This document shows positions 45,223 to 53,421 of a stretch of DNA of 53,421 nt, in pieces. A program made the translations under genes and the position numbers. The notes below the pieces were generated by a model. That model saw only the letters and a program-made list of their open reading frames with translations, searched no databases and was not told where the DNA came from. This DNA is from Catajapyx aquilonaris (taxonomy: Eukaryota). The DNA lies in assembly GCA_000934665.2 (NCBI GenBank), contig JYFJ02002638.1, positions 1 to 53,421 on the forward strand. The letters run 5' to 3'. Every line of letters starts with the position of its first letter. The stretch's first letter is position 1.

Positions 45223-46497
45223 ATGGCGAGTAATGGTGATACAGAGCACCAGTGCACCATCACCAAGGAGCTGCTGGAGCCATCGGTCAAAATAGCAGGT
45301 CAGACTAAAAGTGCTCGGATCATAGACTTTACCAGCAAGGCGGGGTCTAAGAAAGGTGATAACTACGCCAGCATCATCAATGCTGTGGAGGTCAAGGCGT
45401 CTGTGGGCAACGGAGAGGTCAAGACATACCATTTCATCGTGAAGGAAATGCCGGGTGACCCTGCTCGAAGGAAGATACTGGACGACATAGGTTCGTACTC
45501 CAAGGAAGTAGAAGTGTACGACAAGCTTCTTCCGGCCATGATTGATGTCCAGAAGCAACTGGGGGTCAAACAGCCTACGGTCGTGTCAGCACCGGTCATG
45601 TACTCGCATCTGGACCAAGAGCAGATCATAATATTCCAAGATCTGTCCAAACTTGGGTACGAGATGGGGGACAAGTACAACGGACTGGACAAAGCGCATT
45701 GTCAACTAGCCATGACCGAGTTGGGCAAATTCCATGGTTTGTCCTACGCGTTGAAGCAACAATCCGACGTTTCTTTAGAGAAGAAGTATCCATTCTTAGA
45801 GGAGATGATGCTGGGTGACAAAATGGAGCCGATGTTCGGTCCGTTTATGGAAAACTCGTACGATATGGCAATCAAGACAGTGGAGGCCATGGATGCTCCT
45901 CTGGCTCAGAAGATGAAGGCGATGGCAGGTCGGGTGTACCAGTTGTGTAAAGATATCCGGTACGACACCGAGGGTCTGGAGCTGATATGCCACGGTGACT
46001 TCTGGGTGAACAACATGCTGTTCAAGTACAACAAGGAGCGTGTTCCAGTCGGCATCAAGCTTCTGGACTTCCAAATAGTCCGATTGGCCTCCCCGACCCT
46101 TGACCTCAACTACTTCTTCTACACCAGCACCACCGCTGATCTACGTCGTAACCATCTGGATGACCTCCTCAAAGTATATCACGACACATTTACCAACACC
46201 TTGAAGTCCGTGGGCATCAAGTTCCCCGAGCTGACCTTTGACCGTCTGAAGCAAAAGTTCAACAAGGACCGACTGTCTGGATTCTTCTTTGCCTGCATGG
46301 CCCTACCGTTGATGATGGCCCGTCCTGAAGAGAGCCTGAACATGGATGACCTCAAGTTGGACATGAACGACGACCAAATTGTGGACGAGTTCAAGACTAG
46401 AATGGAGGACAACTTGGTGAAAATGAAAGACAATTTTCACTTTCAAGACCGTCTGAAGGGTGTTGCTGAAGATATGGTTCATGTTAATCTCATATAA
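45223..46497 (+). CDS. EcKL kinase copy 19
   Basis: 424 aa; GDNY, HGDFWVNN, DFQ. Confidence 0.95.
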   Translation: MASNGDTEHQCTITKELLEPSVKIAGQTKSARIIDFTSKAGSKKGDNYASIINAVEVKASVGNGEVKTYHFIVKEMPGDPARRKILDDIGSYSKEVEVYDKLLPAMIDVQKQLGVKQPTVVSAPVMYSHLDQEQIIIFQDLSKLGYEMGDKYNGLDKAHCQLAMTELGKFHGLSYALKQQSDVSLEKKYPFLEEMMLGDKMEPMFGPFMENSYDMAIKTVEAMDAPLAQKMKAMAGRVYQLCKDIRYDTEGLELICHGDFWVNNMLFKYNKERVPVGIKLLDFQIVRLASPTLDLNYFFYTSTTADLRRNHLDDLLKVYHDTFTNTLKSVGIKFPELTFDRLKQKFNKDRLSGFFFACMALPLMMARPEESLNMDDLKLDMNDDQIVDEFKTRMEDNLVKMKDNFHFQDRLKGVAEDMVHVNLI

Positions 46498-46951
46498 CTT
46501 GCATAACATATAATTAAAGGCATCACGTAATTACAATTTTTTTGTATGTTTACTTGACGTAACTAGTAGGTTTAAAATACGGATATTGCAAAATAAAGCC
46601 AAGGTTACCATCCTTTTTGCGCCGTGAGGCATGCACATCCTACTGCATGTATTACAATGACGCGACCTTCACTTAGACAGAAAAAAACATGTTACGTGTA
46701 GTAAACATACACACGTCACTAGTTTTTCATTTGTAATTGACACTGACAAATGCCATGTTACTCATGAAAAAATTGCTCCATTTAAAAAAAAAATTAACAT
46801 GCGCAGAATGACGTCTATGATGTGACATTAATTACGTAACCTATTGTTCAACTCTTCATATTTGATGTACTAACAATAAACAGGTGCGATACATCTGATT
46901 GGCCCCTGTACAATGCGACAGTAATAGCAAGTCTTTCATGGTTTCGCCATC

Positions 46952-48173
46952 ATGGAGACTCATCCCGGATGCTGTAAGTACACTAATACACTTTCTTTAG
47001 TGCTTGAGAGTGACCCTAATTAACATTCTTCTTCATCCGCCATCTGGAGGTGACCTGAAACAAAAGGTTAGAGATTGGCTGCCGGTCATAAGTCGAGCAC
47101 TTTGCGAACGTCCGTTGGAAATGACCATAAGGCCTGTTGGTGGTCAGAATGACAACTTCCTGAGCAACCTTTTCTCGGTGGAGGTCACAACCAGCAAGCG
47201 AACATGTCATCTGATGGTCAAATGCATGGTGGATGACCCAGTGACCCAGGAGAGACATCGAGCGTTGGGGTTCTTCAGGAAGGAAGTGGATGCTTACAAT
47301 CAGGTCATTCCAGCTCTATTCAAAGGTGATGCTGTGAGGTGCTACTATGCTGACCTTTCCTGGATAGTGATGGATGACCTTCGACCTCTTGGGTACAACA
47401 CGGCAGACAAGTTTTCCGGATTAGATTTGGACCATTGTAAACTGGTGATGAATCAGTTGGCCAAATTGCATGCCAGGTCTTATGCCATCAGCAAACAACA
47501 GGATGTTAGCCTAACCGAACAGTTTCCTTGCACAAAAGAGGTTGTATTTACGCCTCAAAATGCAACCTTGGTAAAACCCCTTCTGGAAAAACTATTTGCA
47601 GTCACAGTTGACATCATTAGGTCATCAAAGCCTCAATTAGCTGAAAGTGTAGTCCGCTTTCAAGGCAAAATTGGTGATACTATATCGGCCATTCTTGCTG
47701 AAAAGTGTGACTTCAAAGTCATATGTCACGGGGATTGTTGGGTTAACAATTTTCTTTTTAAATATGAGGCCAACACTCCTGTTGACATGAAGATGGTTGA
47801 CTGGCAACTGATTAGATACTGTTCACCTGCTGTGGACTTGGCGTACTTTTTCTACACGAGTACAACCTGCCAGTTGCGCCATGATTGTTTAGACAAACTG
47901 ATTGAACTATATCACTGCCATTTTCAAAACTATTTGCACGATTTAAAAGTTTCAGGGGAAGAAGTGACATTGGAGAAGGTAAAAATGGGGTTTCGAAGTC
48001 ATATGTTGTACGGATTTTTGAGTGCAGGGTATATGCTACCTGCTTTTCTAAGTGTGCCGGAATCTGATGGTGTTGATGGTACTGGTAATGTAAGCCACAT
48101 TACCATCAATGACAGTATGAAAGCTCGGGTTCTACAACTGTCAGAAGAAATGAAAGAGCAGGACATTTTATAG
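46952..48173 (+). CDS. Divergent EcKL kinase copy 20; likely exons 46952-46973 and 47050-48173
   Basis: NDNFLS, GLDLDHC, LAKLHARSY, HGDCWVNN, VDWQ, PAVDL. A 76-bp GTAAGT...GAG intron joins METHPGC in frame to CDLKQKVRDW. The GAG acceptor is atypical, so the start is less certain than the kinase domain. Confidence 0.85.
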
Positions 48174-48234
48174 TGAAATCAGTGGAGCATGCCAAAACTG
48201 TGCACTGTACATCTTTTTAGAATCACGTACACCA

Positions 48235-48366
48235 GGTTTCCAGTTGTGCCAACTAGCAGATTGTTGACAGTCAGTAAAGGTTGAGTTGGCACTTGGAGTT
48301 GGCACAACTGAAAACCAACACTGCAATTCAATTACCTATGTGTCCATACTTTAGAGTCACCCTGTA
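48235..48366. repeat. 20-bp inverted repeat plus Tc1/mariner-like terminus (MITE relic)
   Basis: GGTTTCCAGTTGTGCCAACT (48235-48254) and AGTTGGCACAACTGAAAACC (48297-48316), one mismatch. TTTAGAGTCACCCTG-TA is the reverse complement of TA-CAGGGTGACTC. Confidence 0.45.
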
Positions 48367-49038
48367 TATTGTGCAAGCTTGCAACCAATTCATAACAGCA
48401 CCTTGAACTGACCAAGAGAAAAAATAACCAGTTCCCCTGTTATTTTTGGACGAAAATATTATCACAATAAGGAAGTGAATCTCACATGCAGGTTTAATAA
48501 GCACTAAAGTAGGCCATAAGCAAGTAAGTACTGCACAAAAATAACATGTGAACTCATCACCATATTGAAGTCATTAAAAATTTAACTTACTACTCTGGCT
48601 ATACTGTCACTTATTGTAGTCATAATTCTACGTTTACTCTCCTGATCTGTACAAAATATTGTGCATTAATCACTCCTGTCATCAAAGCTTCCTGGCAAAG
48701 AGATTAGTAGCTCAATTATTGATAAACTGTTATTGTTTGCTTTCGTGTGGGAATTTCCAGCTTTATGAATTATATTGCGGAAATTAATAATAACTCCACT
48801 TTAAATGTGTCACTGGGTGTTTGTTATGGGAAAAGAAAGCCATATGTTCTTCAGGAAGTATTTTATTATGCACTGTACTATGGGGAAGTGTGTGTGTGTG
48901 AAGGGTTGCTTCAAGACCAGGATAAAGTGGCCAAAACAATTTGAGCCCGATCGTACTGTACGTATATGGTGATTATTTATGGAAGTTTATATAGCAATAT
49001 TAATATTACCATGTGCTTCACATACGTATGTTTTTATA

Positions 49039-50505
49039 CTAATTCAAAATTCTTTTCGTAACTCTAATGTGTTCTTCTGGTATGTCTTTGTCCCCCCAAC
49101 CCCACACAGGATGAGAACCGTCTCCGGTCCTCAACACACGTGCTTTTATTGAATCCTTGGGGACAGTTTTCAGATCATAAGCCCATCCAATCATGGCCAT
49201 AAAGTCAATAAAAGCAGTGGTCAAATTAATATTTAAACCTAGCTCAGATGCTTGGTAGTCCCAGGGAAATACATGATGATAATTATGCCAGCCTTCTCCA
49301 ATAGACAGCAATCCTAAGTAAGAATTATCAGTCCCCTCACACTCCCTGAAAAAAAAATGACACATGCTTCACTAAAATCAAACTCTAATGAAATTATCCA
49401 TAACTCACTTGTCATATGGTTTGTCTCCCCACATGTGCGCATAACTGTTTACTAGCCAAGTTACATGTATGCTTAACATGTAAACTCCAATTCCGCCAAT
49501 CAATGCATTCAGCCACGTGGCACCCAAAATCCACTTGTGAAACAACGTTGGCACAATAGGAACCCCCAGCAGAAAAAGGATCTCATGATACCTATCGGAA
49601 AATTAAACAACATAATAATAACAACAACAAATAATAATCATGATTTCTTACTTGTACTGCCACATTACGAGAGGATCGTTTTCTAGATCACTGAGATCAA
49701 GAAGTTTTCTCTTTTCCTCCACTTCCGGATGCTCCTTTGTGAGCAGCCATCCGATGTGGGCAAAAAATAATCCCCTTTTAATATTATGGGGATCGGCGTT
49801 TGTGGCACAGAACTTGTGGTGAGCCCTGTGATAATACACCCATTGATACACAGAGTACTGAGAAGAGAAGTCACAATCAGCCAACAGGTAATGATTGTCC
49901 AGTCAAGATCAAGTGGTACCTGAACGCAGCATATCTGAAGAAATAAAAGCAGTATCTTCAATGGAGTTTTGGCTTTGTAGGAACGGTGAGCCCAAAGCCT
50001 GTGAGCACCAGCTGTTATGCCCAGGTGCGAAATGTATCCGTATATAATCACTGTAAGGAATAGCCTACGTTAATACTGTATGTAAAAAAAAACATGTAAG
50101 CGACTCACAATACAGAATGTGGTGAAGAGGCATTCTTCCGGTAAATACACGGAAAAGCAAGTGGGCAGTACAGGCATGGAAAACCGTGGCTATGAAGACA
50201 TTCCTCCACATAATCTCGGCCTTGTACTTCTCCTTGCTTTCTTCCTCTTGTTTTACCAGCAACTCCTTTCGATCCACGACTGGGTCGTTTTCGTTCATTA
50301 TTCCGTAGAAGGTCACATCTGGGCTTTTAGTGTGTCCTGTGCTGCGAATGAAACATGAGACACTGTTTATAAATAACAGTATTTAAAAACCTACAGACTT
50401 TTATGAATGATGTTGAGAGTCATACCTGTGGCCATTTGTTGCATCTTCTTTGCCTTCTTGCCTGTGACGCGTTTCGGTTATTTGTTCGTGTGTTTGCAGC
50501 ACCAT
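49039..50505 (-). CDS. Acyl-CoA delta-9-type desaturase D1; exons 50505-50426, 50341-50109, 50050-49920, 49857-49652, 49591-49409, 49345-49039
   Basis: GITAGAHRLWAH, HRAHH, DPHN..RGLFFAHIGW, WLVNSYAH..GDKPYD, GEGWHNYHHVFPWDY. Five GT-AG introns (58-84 bp) keep the frame. Alternative start: ATG 50444/50435 with the acceptor at 50337. Confidence 0.92.
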
Positions 50506-51619
50506 GTTCCTTTTCTGCCTCTTTCTGGTAATCTGGTAGAGCTAGAGTTCCGGATTGAAATTGTATACAACGCAGCATCCACTGATACCAAAATGACGCT
50601 TGAAATACTTCTAGGTACTTTTTTATACGTGAACATACTCGTATTTAGCAATAGGATAGTCTATTGAGCAAGCTTCTGAGTGAAAAATACCATGTATTTG
50701 AAATGGATCTTCGCGATAATTGCTCATTAAAAGAGTCATTATATTAGAATTTATTGGGGATTACTTAAGCGTAGCCTATATATACTGTGTGAAAAATTGA
50801 TACAAAAATGATAGGGATATTATCTTATTCTTGTTTTTCTGTTATGTAAAACTCAATGTCGTTTCCGCAGATTTTGACATTTTTCAAGTTTTATTGAGCA
50901 GTATAAAGAAATATTTCAAATTGGAAAACACCACAAAAATTCGTCAACCTTGTATTGGTATTCCTGTAATTCTACGACTCAATTCAGATGAGGAGATTAA
51001 CTCGAAAGTAAAACCAATTACAGTTGGTAAGCTGTAATGGTAGTGTAATCAAGAAAAAACCTATTGCTCTGCTATGAAATCTATGAAATCCTGCAGTACA
51101 TAATTAATATTATGAGCAGAATCTTTTATCCGGATTGTTTTTATCAAACAGTTGATTAGCACAAAAAATAGTTTCAGGATGTGCAACATTCACATCGCAG
51201 TAATTTAGCTTTAAAATCAGACATACGTAAGATTGTGGTAATATATTGACAGATAATTATCAGCCTGGTCACATTACACAGGCCTGAAAAATTATCGCCA
51301 TTGAAAACTGATAGCAAGGTTTTGACTGGTTTTAATGTTGTTTGGTGTGCATTTAAGCTACATTGCAAAATATTACGCTTTTGACATGAAAACTGAAAAT
51401 GTGAACCGATTAAAGACACATTTTGGTCTTAACATTTAAATTTTACCTTTTAGCACCATACAATCATAAAAATATAATATATATATCCTTAGGTACCAGG
51501 ACGGTGACCTGACACAAGTGTGCACTTTTACGAGCCTATCGTGACTGTAAACATCTGTTTCCCATCATCCACATTTGAATGGAGGTCCTTCAGAATCTGT
51601 GTTAATGTCTACCCCACTG

Positions 51620-51925
51620 TTTGGTTCCCGTTCCATCGGCAATAAATCCCGTTTCCTCCATCATTTCCCATTCCTCATGCAGCTTTAAATTACCACATGC
51701 TTACACAGCTACAGTAGCAATTGTGTTTCGGCCTTTTCCGCCCTTTGTGGCCGCAATGGTAGGGAAACTCATTTTACACCCTGTAGGAAATCCCACCTCA
51801 GCTGCAACCCCTCCAGTCCTTCCCACCCGGACCGCAGATGGCAGGCAAATGACGGTTGGCAATCGGACAGACAGACAGAAAGACAGACAGACAGACAGAC
51901 TCACAAACTGCTTTATTTATATAGA
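51620..51925 (-). mobile_element. Helitron-like non-autonomous element 5' end (left boundary uncertain)
   Basis: Minus strand reads A|TCTATATAAATAAAG...(TCTG)n, like the TC start plus microsatellite of insect non-autonomous Helitrons; no 3' hairpin/CTRR end identified. Confidence 0.4.
51867..51900 (+). repeat. (GACA)n microsatellite
   Basis: gacagacagacagaaagacagacagacagacagac. Confidence 0.92.
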
Positions 51926-52445
51926 TTGACTCCAGTGCTCTCTCTACTGCGTCATGGACATTCTCTTCTGTCAGTATGAGAACTGCGCAGATAAACAATG
52001 CCATTATGCAGGCCTACTACAGTCAGGCGACGGTATTTACGCCTTTAGAGCAGATTCCATCGCAATCATTATAATAATTACTTCACGTTTACAAGGCTAT
52101 TTTAAAAATATTATTTCGACATTATTTTAAGGTAAAGTATGGTTTGCATTCGACCATAATTGTAACTATCTGTAAAAGTTCGTGCAGTTTCATGTAGATG
52201 AGCATGAAACAAGTGCCTGAGTTTACTGTATGAATGTACATGTGAGCTTCATTAATCGTAGGAAGTATATTTTAAAAATATCCAGTGCCATGTATAGGAA
52301 GTTGTTTTCAACAATATTTTTAAAAACGGGTAGTTCATGTGAGTAATGGCAGACTGCTGCAATTTTTAGAATGATGACACTCAGTAATATTTACAGAAAT
52401 TTTAACCAGGAGAGAATATTGTCACTTTATCCAATTGAGCCCTTA

Positions 52446-53421
52446 TTACTTCTTCCAAATTCTTGTGGTAACCTTGATGTGTTCTTTTGGTATATCTTTG
52501 TCCCCCCAACCCCACACCTGATGGGAACCATCTCCCGTCCTCAACACACGTGCTTTTACTATTCGCATAGGGACAGTCTTCAAATCATAAGCCCATCCAA
52601 TCATCGCAAAAAAGTCTATGAATGCTGTAGAGACATTAAGGTGATAAAATCCCAATTCGGACGTTTTGTAGTCCCATGGAAACACATGGTGATAATTATG
52701 CCAGCCTTCTCCATACGCAAAAATTCCCATCAGAGTTGTATCCGTTCCATCAATATCTCTGAAAGGTAAAAAATGTTTTACAATAATATCCTTGATATGC
52801 AATGGTCACCTCCTTACTTGTCATAAGGCTTGTCTCCCCATATGTGCGCGTAACTGTTTACCAACCACGTAACATTGAGGCCAAACGTGTACCTCCCAAC
52901 ACCATACACAATCAGGGCTTTCCACCAAGTCTCGCCCAAAATCCACTTATGAAACAATGTTGGCACCAAAAGAATCCCCCAAGGTGCAAGGTACGGAAAA
53001 TACCTATAGGACATTCACAATTAGTGGTGTTCATGCATCTTCACATGTAACGCATATTGTTGACTCCTTACTTGTGCTGCCACATAATGAGTGGATCGCT
53101 TTCCAAATCACTGAGGTCAACCAGTTTTCCCTTTTCCTTCACATCCGGATGCTTCTTTGAGAGTAGCCATCCGACATGGGCAAAAAAGAAGCCCCGTTTT
53201 ATATTATGGGGATCAGCGTTTGTGGCTGAGAACTTATGGTGCGCCCTGTGATCACGCACCCATTCATAAACAGAATTCTGTGAAGAAAAACATGTTTTTA
53301 AAAATTAAAAAATGTTTAAAAAAAAATAAGTACATACCTGAACAGACAATGTTTGAAAAATTAAAAGTAATATTTTTAATGGAGTTTTGGCTTTGTAGGA
53401 ACGATGTGCCCAAAGTCTGTG
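52446..53421 (-). CDS. Acyl-CoA delta-9-type desaturase D2 (5' end outside window); exons >53421-53338, 53277-53072, 53003-52818, 52758-52446
   Basis: HRLWAH, NSVYEWVRDHRAHH, WLVNSYAH, GEGWHNYHHVFPWDYKTSELG; intron positions match D1 (59-68 bp). Confidence 0.93.

Noticed and set aside
3107..46433. Recurrent antisense ORFs (MYTLISFT..., MLFLHVHQ..., MSFILFKLSS...) that look like a conserved gene family
   Set aside because: They lie opposite EcKL coding regions, recur only because the sense genes are paralogous, vary in start and stop, and show no recognisable domains.
1..48173. Bacterial origin or horizontal transfer suggested by intronless APH-like kinases
   Set aside because: Splice signals, SINEs, long AT-rich spacers, adjacent intron-containing desaturases and EcKL-specific motifs all point to native arthropod genes.

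Overview
Eukaryotic (arthropod-like) genomic DNA with short (~58-90 bp) GT-AG introns. Positions 1-48173 hold a head-to-tail array of 20 plus-strand ecdysteroid-kinase-like genes (EcKL; EcKinase/choline-kinase-like, aminoglycoside-phosphotransferase fold, HxDxxxxN and D[F/W]Q motifs). Their coding regions are almost all intronless, and many copies have a predicted non-coding first exon plus a 5'UTR intron. A convergent pair of multi-exon acyl-CoA delta-9-type desaturase genes follows on the minus strand; the second runs off the window. Copies 1-7 form a subfamily with a hypervariable catalytic loop and mosaic sequence patterns. Copy 9 carries a coding intron found in no other copy, copy 14 has lost part of its C-terminal region, and copy 7 appears to have lost its first-exon module. 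The complete desaturase has Tyr at three positions that bind CoA in SCD1. Spacers contain a three-layer nested insertion (SINE in SINE in a foldback element), a mariner relic, a Helitron-like end and a minisatellite. All calls were made by eye; no database searches were run.
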